Shown here piece by piece: positions 1-14,144 of a stretch of 64,000 bases of DNA; within the stretch, counting starts at the first letter, position 1, and each line of letters begins with the position of its first letter. The notes beneath the pieces are model-generated. The model was not told the DNA's origin. It saw nothing but the letters and a program-made list of their open reading frames with translations, and searched no databases. A program made the translations under genes and the position numbers. Origin of the DNA: Setoptus koraiensis (Eukaryota; Animalia; Arthropoda); the NCBI GenBank assembly GCA_048013815.1, contig CM106586.1:3472001-3536000 (forward strand). The letters run 5' to 3'.

Positions 1-1687
1 GCTGTAAATGTTGTGCCAAGTATGACACTGCTGCCTGCCATATGATGCAATATTGTTGCAAACAATTATCAGCTGAGCAGATCAGCAGCACGGTTGCATC
101 ATGCAGCGACGACAGCGCACTGTCGGACAGTGCGCTGTCAGCTGATGCAGCCGGTGCACCACCAAATGTGTTGTGGTTGTTGTTGCACTTGCTCGCTCGC
201 CAGGCCAGTGTCAATGGCCTGGCGAGCGAGCTTGCGGCGCCAAGATGCGCCAACACTGCATGGTTGCGTCATTGCGCCAGTGCGACATTGCGACATTTGT
301 GGCAGTCGGAAACAGGCTCTTCCGACTGACTTCACTTGCTGCCAGCAGCGCCAACAAGTAAAGCCAAACGAAGCCAGCGAAATTGCGAACAGCCCAAGGA
401 GCGGAAAAGATTGGCTCGTCGGGCGGCTCGGTCAAGCCGCCGACCAGCCACAGCCGAGTCGTATGCGAGTGGCCGACAAGTGCGAGGGCGCTCGCAAAAA
501 CTGAGCTCGGCACGACTGGCCGCAGCTCGAAATTGTGGCTAATCTAATCTGAGCAGTTCGGTGATTTATGATCCATGTCACTGTTGCGCCGGTTGTCATG
601 GCGACGCAGCCTCGGCACCATCGCACCATCGCAACAGCGGCACCAACAGCAACAGGTGAGCCGGTCGCAAGCGCCGCTGCTGTGAGAAGAAGCGTTGCCA
701 AAGAAATTGGCCGAGTTGCGGCTCGTTGCCGGCGGCTTGCGGTGCCCGTATGGGCACCGCGGTGACGGGTGCCGCCATGGAAACGAGCGCAAATGAAAAC
801 AAAACAAGCGCCTCGTGACGACAACATTGTGACATTGTGCAATGATGACGCAATTGTTGCCCGTTCCCTCTTTTTGCCGGCCCGTTTCTCTTTTTTGCCG
901 GCCCGCTCCCTGTTGGCGAGCTCACGAGTCGTTGCGTTAGCTGCGCAGCCTGGCGGCCTCACCTGTCGCCTGTTCTAATGGAGTCGCCTGTTCCAATGGA
1001 GAGTCGTGGTCAACAGGCGACAGGAGAAGCCAATGAGTGGCCGCACTGGCAACGCGCGCCGCCACTGTCGACACGACAACATGTTGGCAGCATGGGTACA
1101 AGTGCACGACAGGTGAACGGGGTTTTTTGCAAGTTGGTGCAACAAGTTGGCCGAGAAGAAGTTTTTCAACTTGTCAACTGGTTCAATTTCTGCGCACTGT
1201 TGTTGTCGCCGTCAATGGGCACAAGATGCACTCTTGCAGCAAGACTCTCGCAGCAACAGGCAGTCATTTTTGGTGGCGCCAGCGTTCACGGCTTAACGGC
1301 TTTACGGCACCATCGAGCGTATCATCAATTAGAATTAGCCACTTCCGGCTGACCAGTTGTTGCACTGGCGCTCACTGTCCTGCCGCTAATGTGTTTAGAC
1401 CTATATGCTGTCACGGTGTTACTATCATAGTATTGCTATGTGATTCACATAATGTGAACGAGTGTGTGCGTGTGTGTGTGTGTGTATTAATGGCGCCAGT
1501 TAATTAACAATTGACAAGCCAGTCGAGTTTATTGAACTCAAACTGGCTAATGAGCCAACCAACTGGCCAGTGACCAATGAGCCGGCTAACGAGCGAGCGC
1601 ATTCACAATGGATGGCGCGCACAATTTCGGCTGCAGTCAGCTGAGTCGCCGCTTGCCGGCTACATTGTGCCGCAACAGTATGCAACA

Positions 1688-1767
1688 TTATGTAACAATG
1701 TGCAATGTTATGTAACAGTGTGCGACGTTATGTAACAGTGTGCAGCATTATGTAACAGTGTGGAACA
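1688..1767. repeat. 20-bp tandem array (4 copies), each carrying TTATGTAA
   Basis: TTATGTAA at 1688, 1708, 1728 and 1748. Confidence 0.9.
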
Positions 1768-4039
1768 TTCTGTGCATTATGTGCGGTATCAACAGTATTT
1801 ACAGTGCGCACAGCGTGCAGGATACATTTGTGCGGACCTCCGAGTGCGCTATGGAATCCATAGTCGATTGTCGCCAGCACAGGTGAGCCTCTGGCCGGAC
1901 AATTGACAGCAATTGCCTATTGACCTGCTCACAAGTTGTCAGTTGTTGTGCCACACAACTTGTGTGTGTGTGTGCAAAGAACAATTGCATCGGCACGGAA
2001 ACAAATGTGCACATTATAATAACATAATAATAATTATTGTTGCTGCTGCGAGCAACAAATTGCCCCGGCCGGCCGGCCATTATCGGCTGGCCTATTGCGC
2101 AACAGCTGGCACTGTGGCGCTAGCTAGCTTGCCGGCTGCTAATTGGTCGTTGTCATCAGCTGTTGTTGCCAGTAACAATGACACAGTGACAGTAGCAGCA
2201 TGATAATGATATTGCAACAACAGCTGATCGGACAATGTGAGCAACACCGATGATCACTGACAGCGCAGGCAGCACAGGTGACAGGATAAATGCATTAGTA
2301 TCGGTTGCATTTGCAGCCAATAAACAATGACTGTTTAGTGGCTGCAAAGCGATGATGACAACGCACAACGTAAATATATTATAATTATATCATGTAAGCA
2401 ACAACGACAACAACAGCAAGCTCGTCGCTGTTGTGAGCCACACAACAACAATGTCCGGCCAAGTGGCGCTGCCAACAGCAACATGACAACGATTTGCAAC
2501 GACGGGCGAGCGACAACAACAACTATTGTTGCTGTTGCTGATAATCGTCTTGTTAATGAACTTTGCTTGGCCGATTCGGTCGTGCAATTGATTCGTGCGC
2601 GCTGATCACCTGTCCGATGGCCCACAGCGGACACACGACTCAATTTGCATCTCATTGCGGCAGCGATTTTATCCGGCCGCCTTGTGACCGTGAAGCGGAG
2701 CGTGAAGTCGCCCACTTTTGCTCTCCATTGGCCCATTTCGTATCGTTTAGACGCTCGCCCGGCCACCGTGGACGGGTGTGCCGGGTTTTGTGCGGCTGCC
2801 CTGCTCGTATATGCTTGGCATGTCCGACGGCCTGTATCCGCTGCCGGAACCCGCTGACGGTATCCGCTGCCGGAATCCGCTGCAAGAGGCCCGATTCATG
2901 TGTCACAATGCCCGTGCCCGATTACCAACCATTCTGCATGCGGCCATTTTGCATGCGGCCAAGCGCTTTCGGCCCGGCCCGGCCCGGCCCTGAGCCAGGC
3001 GCACCCACTTTTGTTGCCAGTGCCGGACACTGTGTCGTTGTGCGGAGCGCATTTTGGGCACTCGCTTTTGTCAAACAATCCGTGTGACTTACCAGACAGA
3101 TTGTTGAGCTCGCTTGAGTCGACCCAGTCGGGCCAGACGCCGGCGAGCGGTGGCGCTCCGATCGGCCGCCGGTCGGATCCCGTCCACTGATAATGGACCG
3201 CTAATAATGGATCCGGCTACCCGAGCTATGATATCTGTCGGCCATATCTGTCTAGTGTCGTGTCTGCGGCACAACAATGCACGACAGCAACAACTCCGGC
3301 CATTAGATTGAAAATCAATCATCTGGCGCAACGCTGTCGCTTTGTCAGTGCCGAGGCGTGTTGTCGTTGTTGTCGTTGTTGTCGTTGTTGCTGTTGTTGT
3401 CGTTGTTGCTGTCGTTGTCGTTGTTGTTGCTGCAAGTCGCTGCAGTCAGAGCGTTTATTTGTGTGCTTGTGTTACGCAACAGGTACCTGTTAGCGCACAG
3501 GCTATCACAGGCGAGATGCGAGCCGCTGTCGCTGGAAACTGGAGCATGCGACACAGCTGACAGCGGATAGTGCACTAAATGGCAACAAATGGCCCACTGC
3601 GAGCGGCCACCGTTTAAACCGGCCACAGCCAAACAGCGAGCTTGTACAGGTGAACAGCAACCCAGAATAGTGTGCACAGCCCGTATTTGTGCGTCTGTAT
3701 GCGTCGCTCACGTTCATCAGCTGAGTTCCTCAGGTGAGTTCGTCAGGTGAGTTGGTCGGCTGAGTTGGTCAGGTGAGCTCGGCCGACTTGCAAACATGTA
3801 ACATGTTTTGTTGCTCGCCAGTCGGCGGCGGCATGCAGCGGCGGCACCGGCAGTGGCTTGGCGCAGCGGTAACGGTCACGGTTACGTAACGCTTCCAACA
3901 TCGCGCAGGCGACATGGAAGCGTCGCAAGTTGGCAAATTGGCGACGCAGCGCGATGCCACTGGACCGCGAAGAGAAGCCTGCCTGCCTGTGTGCTCGCCG
4001 TCGACATTGCTGGACACTGTCAACGTGGACGCAGGCTAT

Positions 4040-4127
4040 GCGAGTTCTTTGCGAGTTCTTTGCGAGTTCTTTGCGAGTTCTTTGCGAGTTCTTTGCGAGT
4101 TCTTTGCGAGTTCTTTGCGAGTTCTTT
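4040..4127. repeat. Minisatellite (GCGAGTTCTTT)x8
   Basis: Eight perfect 11-bp units read directly. Confidence 0.97.
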
Positions 4128-5793
4128 GCGAATTTCGCGATTCCCGCGAATTTTGCGAATTTCGCGATTCCGCGAGTCCTGCGAATTTCGCGATTCCTGC
4201 CAACTCGCCGATCGGCGGCCGACTCGCCGATCGGCGGCCGACTGCGCGCAACACACCAACTCGGACACTTGTCGCGCACAGGTGAGCGCGACAAGTGTCG
4301 CACACACACGCTTCGATACAGTGTCCGATCACGGCCAATCTGGCACACACGACTGCAGCGCCGCTGCACAGATTGGCGCCAGCGACACAACAATCGGCTT
4401 GCCAGGGCCACGCCGAGGCGACGCGCCGTCGACCAGTGACCGTCAACGGGCACCGTTATCTGCGTAGCGCTGCCTTGCATTTCACCGTGCTTTCCTTTGG
4501 TGTATGTGTGCGTTACGTAACACTGCATATTACGCAATATGACCGCAGTATGACGCAACAAGCCCCTTGCATTGGCTCGGCATTGGCTTGGCATTGACGA
4601 GCCGCCAACAGGCTCGGCGAATTTCGCATTGAAAGCTCGGCGAGTTTTGCATTGAAAGCTCGGCAAACTTTGCAGTGACAAGCTGGCCGTCGCTGCGAAT
4701 GGTCGGCTGGCGCCCGTTGGCCACATCACGCCGGACAGGCTATAATTTGCGCCGGCCGTGTCCGTCGTGTCCATTTCCATTAGCACATCTGGGCCGGTCG
4801 GGGCAAACTGGCCGCCTTAACGGGTCATTTCCCGTCGCGCGGGCGCTTTTGCCCGTGCCGCATGCGCTCTGTCCCGTCGGGCTGTCCGCTGGCCCACATT
4901 CGAGCGTCGGGCCTTTCCGAGGGCCGCTTTCGCGCCGATTTTCGCCCTTGAAACGTGCCGATATTAGCCGAGATTCGCCAATGTTCGTCGATCGCCCGAC
5001 TGTTCGCACCTTCGATTTTGTGTGTCACGGCGCAAGTCGGACGCGCTCCAAGTTGCTGCGTCGCCCAATGCCAAGCCAGCGTGAGCAACAGAGCAATCGG
5101 CGGAGCAAATCACGACTCGGCTCGCGCCCGCTAACGGACGCTCGCTCGGTTACGGGCCGGCCGGCCGCCGGCGCCGGTCAGTTATTAGGGAGACACGAGT
5201 GGGCGGCGCGCCCGACCGTCGCGTCGCCAGGCGAGTCGTTTTTGGGTTAATAATTGACCTAATAATAGCAACAACAATGATAATATCGGCCGCATATCGA
5301 TTTGCGATATGCGCTCATCGGGCGACGACAGCGACGGCCGACGCTGTCGCAGAGCCGACGGATTCTTTTATTTGTCTTCGTTCGGCCTGTCGCACACAAT
5401 GCCCGCCGACGACGGCTCAATTGTCCGGCCGCGACCAATCGGCCAGCGTGGCGCGCCGTGTTCGCCTGTTGCGCAACATACGCGATACACATAATGCGAC
5501 GGCCGGGCGACGGGCGACAGGATCGCATTTCGGCGCATTTCGGCGCATTTCGGCGTTGCGTAATCGGCACGCCGGACTCCAGTGACTGGAGCGCATGCTA
5601 ATGCGAGAGAGAGAGTCGCCGCTGGACGCCGAAATGGAAAACTGTGGCCAATCCGGCTGGCGGCGTCGCTAATTTGTGTCGCAGTTTGCAATTTGTCAGC
5701 CAGTTGGCGGCTTGCGAGGAGGCGCCCTCGCCAGCAGCGCCTTTGTGGTTCGCTGGCGACTCTCCGCTGGCCGCGTTCGCTTTTGTGTTTCGA

Positions 5794-5850
5794 ATTCTCG
5801 AATTCTCGCATTCTCGCATTCTCGCATTCTCGCATTCTCGCATTCGCGCA
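5794..5850. repeat. 8-bp tandem repeat (ATTCTCGC-type, ~7 copies)
   Basis: Read directly; it explains the RECENARM/RILAFSHS repeats in overlapping ORFs. Confidence 0.9.
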
Positions 5851-8800
5851 TCCTCGCATTTCGCCCGCGACAACAATGGCCTGCGAATCGCGTCCATTCT
5901 CCGCGTCCACGACGACAGCGGCGCCGGCCACGGCAACCCGATGCCGCAACCAACAAGCAAACAATGCGGCCACTTGTTGCGCAACACAAAGCCCAAGCAA
6001 AGCAGAGCGAACAGCCAAAACAAGTCCTTTGTATCTCGTTAGTCAACCTGTTGCTGCACCTTTGCACCTCGTCGCACCGTTGCGCAATGGTCGCATCTCG
6101 TCTCGCTTCGTCTTTGTCTCGTTGACACTGAATCGCGGCACCAGTCGTCACCTTGCTGCAGCTCGACGGTGCAGCCCCGCTTTGCGTTGTTATCGTTTGT
6201 TGTCCAGCACAGTGTCGCAATATTGCATAATGCTACACATAATATTCACATAATGCCACACATATCATTCACATGATACTACACATATTACTACACACAT
6301 GATATCGCATGGACGCTGCAGCATCGGGCAATATTCACGCGTGAATACCGCGCTCGAACGGTCAACAAACATGCCGATCGGATCATATCGGCCACCGGTC
6401 AATATGATGCGGCCATCCGGCGCCGCGTTTTGCGCGTGCGAATAAGCGATGTTGTCTATATATAACGACGGTGCATCATTGCGTAATCGGCGAGCCGGTG
6501 TGACGCGGTGCGGCCAAAAACGAAAGTTTTCACTGCGCCCTGTGGACGCTGTGAAAACGCTGCCCGATGCTCAATGCACAATGTAAAATGTGTGATTGAC
6601 AAATGAAATGTTTGCTCACTGTGTAACATTGTGACATTATTGCGCAACCTGGCCGCTGTCAGCGACCGTTACAGTCAGAAATGATTGCGAATGGCCGACA
6701 CAGGCCACAACACACTGGCCAAACGGAGAATTGGCCTCACCGGCAGCGACCGGTTCCAGTTTGCGTGTCCACTCCGTTCGAGCTGACCAGTGGGCCAAAC
6801 TCGATTTACGCAATTTCGCTGGACCAGATAATTGTCGCCGGCTTGCGTAATATTGCTGCAATATTTAATGCGCAGAGACTGATATCGCAGTGCGATATCA
6901 TATGAATATTATGCTCGTTTATTGCGCACAATAAACTTTGCGTCGCAAAGTTTCTGGCAATGGATGTTGCGAGAGTCGGATAATTTCGCCGGCGAAGCGA
7001 TCAGCGAGCGGCGCCTAACTGCTCAGGCCCGGCACGGCCGCTCCGAGCTGCGGGCCGCCGGATAATTGGGCGAGAGTTTGGCGTCGTTCGGAGCCGTCGC
7101 AAGCCGCCAACAACCACTACAATGCTATAAATATGCGCTCGGCATGCACCGCGCCAACTCAAGCGTTTGGCTGGATATATTTATACATGTTACATTCACA
7201 CGGCTCGCCCAGCCAGCAAACGAAGCGAGCGAGCGCCACTATGACGCAATATGAGCGCAAGCATCATGAAAGTATGACGCAATGTGTGATACACAGCGGC
7301 CAGATTATGTTGATGATAACGCGATAACTATCAACATTACGCACAGTGAGATAATCATGAGATTTATGCATCGTTCTCGCAATTGAATTTATTCCTGAAT
7401 AATTTGCCACTCGCTCACCTGTTGGGCCGGCCGCTGCGCCGCTCGGTCGGTCGCTTCGTCGCTCGGCGGCCGGCCAGCGGGCCGGCGTCTCGCGGGCCGC
7501 AACACATGGACACAACGGCGCCTACTTGCTTGGCGCTCTATTAATTCCGGCCGGTTAATGGCGGCCGCCCGGCGAGCTTGCAGATTTATCACTGCGGTAT
7601 GGTTGCGTCAGCTGACTCTGACAATCGGCCGGCTCGGACGGTCAGCTGGCTCTGACAGGTGGGCGCAGTGTGCGAATGATACATTTTTAGCATGACAGAC
7701 GCGCCACAGTTGGCCGGCCCGTCGCATCGTGTGTCGCAGGGTTTCGCATTATGTCGCATGTGGCGCATTCACGGTCGCCCGCCTGAGCCGGCGACCGATA
7801 TTCACGGCGACCGATGTTCGCGGCGGCGGCGGCGACGGCCAGATATTCACGGCGGCGACCAGATATTCACGGCGGCGACCAGATATTCACGGCGACGACA
7901 AGATATCATCGCGCAACGACGACATTCGAGCGCTGCTGAGTCGCCTCACGTAACGGCTCGTTGGAGGCCGCTCTCATGAGCTCGGCGGCACGGTTGCGCA
8001 ATTAGGCGAGCGGCAGACCGACTCGGCGAGCTCGCTGGGCAAGTTGAGCGCCGATGGGGGCTTGTTGATTGCGCAATAGAGTGGCCTGATAAAGTGGCCA
8101 GTTTGCACTTGAGCGGCGCTTTGCCTGTCGCCCATCTAAAATATAACAACTCATACGTAAATTACGTAACGTAATGTGTGTGTGTGTGTGTGTGTAACGG
8201 GCATTGTGGCGGTTTTATCCGAGCCGCTGTCGGGCCGATAATGATACCGTTGCCGCTATGTGTGCCGCTTGCAACAGATGCGAGATGGCGTGTGAATGGT
8301 TGGCTCAAATTGCGCAACGATGCTCGCTGGCTCAAATTGTCGCTGCCGGCGACTCGTGAGAGAAGTCGTGTGCTTATCATTATATCGCAGCAGATATGTC
8401 ATCAACTGTTGCGTCATGATGATATTCAATATTGCGTCAGCCGGCATTGTGACTAGCCTCTATATTCTCACTTGTGACTGGCAAGTGCTGCTTAAATGTG
8501 TGTCGTGTGAACAACGACAATATGCAAATTGGCAAGTCGCCGCTGTCAATTGATGGTGCGCGTCGCGTCGGCGAGTGGGCGCCACCTACTACGCTGTATA
8601 AATAGTGTATAAATAGTGTATAAATGCTACATGAATACTATATAAATACTATGTAAATACTATGTGAATACTATGCGAATACCATGTGAATACTATGTGA
8701 ATACTGTGCAATGACCGGCCGGACCGGGGCCGCAATTGGCGACGACGGCCGATAATTGGCGATATAGACGTAATAACAGGCGATAATAAGCCGCCTGACA

Positions 8801-11039
8801 GCGTTGTGAGTGTGGGAAAAGCGGGGGCATTAATCCGCCGGCTGGCTGGTTGTTAACATTGTTAATAAGTCACCGCGGCGACATACAAACAACACAAAGT
8901 GGCCACTCACAAGCGGCCAAAAGCGGCCAACGAGCCGCCACTGATGGCAGCCAGCGATAAACAGACAGGTGAGACAGACAAAAAACATGGCCAACAATAA
9001 TAAACTTGTCCATCGCGCATAAAATCACTTAAAAAAGAGCGCAGCGCTTCTCCGCCAAGACTCCTTTCGCAGGTGGCGAACCGTTATTCTGGGACTCCTC
9101 CAAGAGTTGGCCGAGGAGCTTGGCCGAAGGAGCTCGCCGAAGAGAAGCGCGAAGAAATTCCTTGAAGAAATTCCTGCGAGCTCGCCGAAGAAGCGCTCGG
9201 CGCAGAAATTGACAGAATTGAGAATGGGCCAAAATTGCAAGATTGTTTGCTGTCCGATTACTGGCCGCCAGCGAGCGCTTTTTATCGTCTCACACTCTGC
9301 GCCGTCTGGCCCGTTTCGCCCGTTCGCTGGCTTGCCGCTCGATAATCGTTCTCGGTTTGGGCTCGCTCGGCGCGTCGCCAGTGGCCGTCGGTTGGCCGCT
9401 CGCTGGCCGTCCGACAGCCACCAGCAAACAGTGGGCAACGACGAGCGGTGAAACGTTTTTGGGTGGCGTCGCGGAGAGCGGTTTGTTTGTTTGTTTGTTC
9501 CTGTTATCGCGCACCGTTCTTAGAGGCGCTACGAGCGCTCGTTTGTCGGCCAATCGGGCAACTTGATTAATGGCGACCATCCATCGATTGCGCCCGAACT
9601 TGAGCGTTCGAGACTGCGAGCTCCGACTCGCCACTTCGAACAGCCACAAATTCCCACAAATTTCCACAAATCTCCACAAATTTCCATTCGAATTCCGCCG
9701 GCATGCAAATCGCCAGAGACTGCCCGCTGAGCTAGCTGCGCGGCACACACTTGTTGCTCGCTCGTCGTCCGTCGCTGCGTCCGTAATTCATTTACCGGGG
9801 CACTCATCTGATAACTGTGCCGAAAATAGCCCGCGAGGCGCAGTGGAACTTGCGATCCGCAAGTCGCCACTCGCGAGCGCCATCGAGCCGGCCCAACTGC
9901 ATCACAAACGCACTGGGGGCCCCGAGAACGCGAACACTTGGACGAAATTTAATTTCTGCACAGTCCGGCCCGGAGAGTGTTGAGAGTGCCAAGTTGGGAG
10001 TGCAAGTTGAGAGCGCGGTTGGCAGAGTCGAGAGTGATTGCACCGTTATCTTGTTCATTCATGAATAATCAACGACAAAATAGCCGGTGAGGGCGATCGG
10101 TTGGCGAGTCACTTGATTCGAGTGACAACTCATTGTTGATTGCTGTGCGTTTTGATGGCATCACCGTTGGCACTGTTAGCTGACTGTCGGCGCCGTTCCA
10201 CTGTCAGTGAGCGCCAGTCACTGTCCGACAGTCACTGTCCGACAGTCACTGTCCGACAGTGACATCATCTTTTTCTGTTCCCAATTGTTGCATAACTTGC
10301 ATCTCTTGCGCAACGTCTCTTACACAACATGTCTTATTGAACTTTTTATTTCTTACATTTGACGCTTACGTTCATTTGGCGACGCTCATCGCTGGCTGAC
10401 GATGATGGATGAAGCCAGGCTAATTTATCATCGTCGCTTGGCGCTGTCACCTGAGCCTGTGTTGTCGCCGTATGGCGTGTACAATGGTCGCCGTTGTTGT
10501 GTCTTGGCAGCGGGGCGAACATGGCGAAAATTGCAAAAATTGCCAACGTTGCCAACATTGCGCCGATGGACAGAACACATTGAATATTGGGAAATTGAAT
10601 AAAAATTCAAATTAACAGTACAAATAGACGACTGACAAGCGCACAACAAACATACTAAGTAGTAAATACAAATATAAATACAAACGCGACAGACATGCAA
10701 ATGGTGCCAACAGCGACACAAAGGCCGACCAACGGCCTCCATTGTTGGGCACGATTCTCGGCATGCACTGTTGCTGATGAGATTAGTTAACGGCAGCGAC
10801 GGGTCGGCGCCACTGACAGTTGGCCCGTCGCGGCGTCTTGGCCAGATTTTGCCAGGTTTTGCAGCAGCAGCGCGCAGCACTAAAAGTTGCTAAAAGAGAG
10901 CCAGCGAGCGACAGCGACAGAGCGACAGGTGACACTTGACAGCCACTGTGATGTATGGCTGACGGCGCCACTGGCGCCACCGACGCCACTGACGCAACGG
11001 TTGCCAGAACAGTTGCGACTGGCAACTTGCGAGACGACG

Positions 11040-11113
11040 CAACAGCGACCGAAGCAGCGACAGCGACCGAGGCAGCGACAGCGACCGAAGCAGCGACAGC
11101 GACAGCGACAACG

Positions 11114-11156
<43 letters not shown>

Positions 11157-11157
11157 C
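11040..11157. repeat. 18-bp GCAGCGACAGCGACCGAR repeat grading into an (ACA)n tract
   Basis: Read directly. Confidence 0.9.
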
Positions 11158-14064
11158 GGCAAAAGAAGCAGCGACAACAACGCCAACAGGTGAAGTGTCA
11201 GTGTTGCAGCGGCAACGGTGTGTGTTTTTATATGTTAATGTCATCGTTCAGCGGCCATTGTTGGCTCGCTGCGAGCTCGACAATCGCAACTCGACGCACA
11301 GTGGCCCGCATCGCACAGGTGAGCCGACGACACAGGTGAGTTTCACAATGAGTTTGTTGGCGGTGCGAGGAGAAAAAAGCGGCAACCCAATCTGGCAACA
11401 TGTCGCCTGCTGCATCCATCTTGCGGCTTGCGAGGCCGCTTGCGATTTTCGCCGGCATGATCGATGTGCTTTGTCGTTGTCGTTGTTGTCGCTGTCGCTG
11501 TTGTCGCTGTTGTCGCTGTTGTCGCTGTTGTCGCTGTTGTTGTTGTCGTTGCTAATGTTGTGTTTGTCCGCTGACACGACAAAATCATATGATTCAAATG
11601 TGATCACACGATGCGATGAGCAACAAATGGCTGCTTGCCACCGCCGACTGCCAATCAGCCCATCGGTCGATCAGCCGATCAGCTGGCTCTGGCCTCTCGC
11701 CATCTCACAACGTCATCACAAGCTGACAACTGGGCTCCCTTGTCAGCTGAGCGCGCTTGTCAGCCGAGCTCTCAGTTGTCAGCTGGGCTCGGTTGTCAGC
11801 TGAGCGCTCAGCTGACAACGGAGCCCAGGTGAATCTCACAAGTCAGTCGAGGAAACAAACCGTGTGCCAACTCTGCTGTCGCTCTCATCGACAGCTCGAC
11901 ACAGTCCACGACAGCGACAGTCCACTAATTACACTGATCATGTTGATTAACCGTGTCTAACTGTGATCCGTTAGCCAGCGGCCACTAATAGCCAGTAATT
12001 GCCATTAATAGCAATATCCAGCAACAGCAATAGCCAGCAATAGTAATGGCCGGTGTGTGCGGTCTCACAGGCAGAGTTTGTCAGCGCGACGACGAACGTT
12101 CGCTCAAGCCCCCAATCGCGATAATTGTCGGATAAGCCGTCGATGTGGCCGCTGTCGACACTGGCGAATGCGCCCGATTGGCGACAACGGCGCGAAAATT
12201 TCCCAGCGCCGGCCGGCATCAGTTGCGGTGGCCGCTGTCGCCGAATGGGAGAATCGCAAAACGAAAATCGTAACTCGGAAAACCGAAACTCGCAAAACGC
12301 AAAATCGGAAAACCGAAAATAGGAAAACGGAAAAGAATCGCCCGCGCTCGATAAACGATAAAAGCACGAAATAATCATGTGTGAGCTGACTCGTGGGACG
12401 GCCGCGAGCCGAGGTCACTCACTCGCCCATTGACTCGGCTTGGCGTCAATGAGACTCATCAGTTTACACAATCAATTTAACAATTTGTTAGACGTAATTT
12501 GTTACGTAACAAACCGATGCAACAAATGTTTTGTGAGCACTCGCCACTTTGTGAGCAATGGCGAGCGGGCAATGCGAGAGACAATGCGCCGATTGTGTTG
12601 CCTTGACGACCGCCGGACAGTGTCGCTGTCGCTGGCACTGTTTGTGGCCTTTCGATGGTCAGCGCATCATCGTTGCGATGGTCAGCGCATCGTCGCTGCG
12701 ATGGTCAGCGTCGGCCGAAAGTCGGCGGCGCCGACGACAACAGCGACCGCGCCGACGCTGCTGCCAACGGCGACGCGCACCAGTCGCCAGGTGAGCCGGC
12801 AAGGTGAGCCGGTCGGGCGAGCTCTGCCAGTGGCGCACACTGCACTGGCGACGGGTCGATCGGAAGTCAAGTTGCGCCGCCGGTGAACTCGGCCGCGCTG
12901 CCGAATTCGATTAGTGAGACTATTATTCAATTGTTTCAATTGCTGGTCTGTTGTCGACGACAACGCCGGCAGCTTGTTGCTCGTCGGCCGCACATATTAA
13001 ATTGGCGTCGCGCTCCTTCCGACCGGCCACTCGGCTTCTCTGCATCAAGCACAAGCCAGCGAAGCCGAAGAAGCCGAGGAAGCCGAAGAAGCCGAAGAAG
13101 CCAGAGAAGCCCAACGAGCCGTATTTGTATCGGTGTAGCGACATGGAGTTGCGAGCGAGCATGAGAGCGACAGAAGGCGACGCTGCAACGACGCAATGAG
13201 AATCGGACAGAATGGAGGGTGGCGCCGATTGAGAGGTTATCGACTCACCGGGCCAATGTGAACTGTCGGATCGCGCTCCGTTAGTGTCAATGCTGGCTAA
13301 ATTGTCTTCTGGCCCGGCACTGTATGCCGCTCTGGCTGGCCGATGGACGCGGCTCGCATGCAGCCGGCTTCGAGATGCGGCCGACGGAGCTTCGGAATGC
13401 GCTCCGAACGGCAGCCCGATCGAAGCCCGTTGCGCTTCGCATCGGTTCGTCTCGTTCGGTCGCGGCGTCGCTGGCCGCCTGAGAGACTGAGACCGAGAAG
13501 CCAAGACGCCAAGACGCCGAGAGCCTGAGAGCAGCCAAGTGGCTCGAAGCGGCCACGCTGTCGAGACGCTCGCTGCGCGATTGCAGCGCCGAGTGTGTGA
13601 CATCAGGAAGAAGCCAAGAATCGCCTGCGAACTTGTTTCGTTCGGGCTGTTCGGCGTACAATTTTGCGTACAGTTCGGCGCAAAATTTTGTGCCCAGTTC
13701 GAGGCGGATTTTGTGCCCAGTTCGAGCAAGATTTTCGTGCCGAGTTCGGCGTACACTGTTGGGCTGGCAATTGGGCCGCTCAAATCGAATTGCTGCCAGC
13801 CAGCTCACCTGTGATTGGGCTCGGCGTGGCCGCGACTCGCACAGGTGAGCCATGCGCCACGGAAGCGCCAGTGTGCAGTTAGTTTTGTAGTTACGGCACC
13901 GTTGACAGTGACGCCAATCGCGGCGGCCGAGTGCCCAAGCGACCGGCATGACATCTCACCTGTTGCGAGTGTTTGTGCTGCAAACTGTATCACGATCGCT
14001 TGCGTTGCGCCCACGATGCCATATTCTTGCATGCGTCACACGATATGATACAATTGCATAATAT

Positions 14065-14144
14065 CAAATAACATTACATATTAGTAAATAACATTACATA
14101 ATAGTAAATAACATTACACAATAGTAAATAACATTACATAATAT
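14065..14144. repeat. 20-bp tandem array (4 copies), unit ~GTAAATAACATTACATAATA
   Basis: The TTACA core recurs at 14074, 14094, 14114 and 14134. Confidence 0.9.

Noticed and set aside
3743-4786. 347-aa minus-strand ORF and overlapping ORFs
   Set aside because: Kept open by the 11-bp minisatellite and GC-rich composition. All frames give R/A/C/S-rich text with no domain or splice logic.
8447-8470. TGACTAGC resembling the miR-279 family 5' end
   Set aside because: Mismatch at position 8, the rest is dissimilar, and there is no hairpin.
10955-11803. 282-aa mucin-like Thr/Ala-rich ORF
   Set aside because: It is the translation of 18-bp and ACA/TTG repeats, has no signal peptide, and the flanking sequence is of non-coding type.
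12923-13783. 286-aa minus-strand ORF, and similar 200+ aa ORFs at 5582, 15278, 16145, 16360 and 55206
   Set aside because: Both strands and several frames are open at once, which is typical of stop-poor GC-rich repeats. No recognisable motifs.
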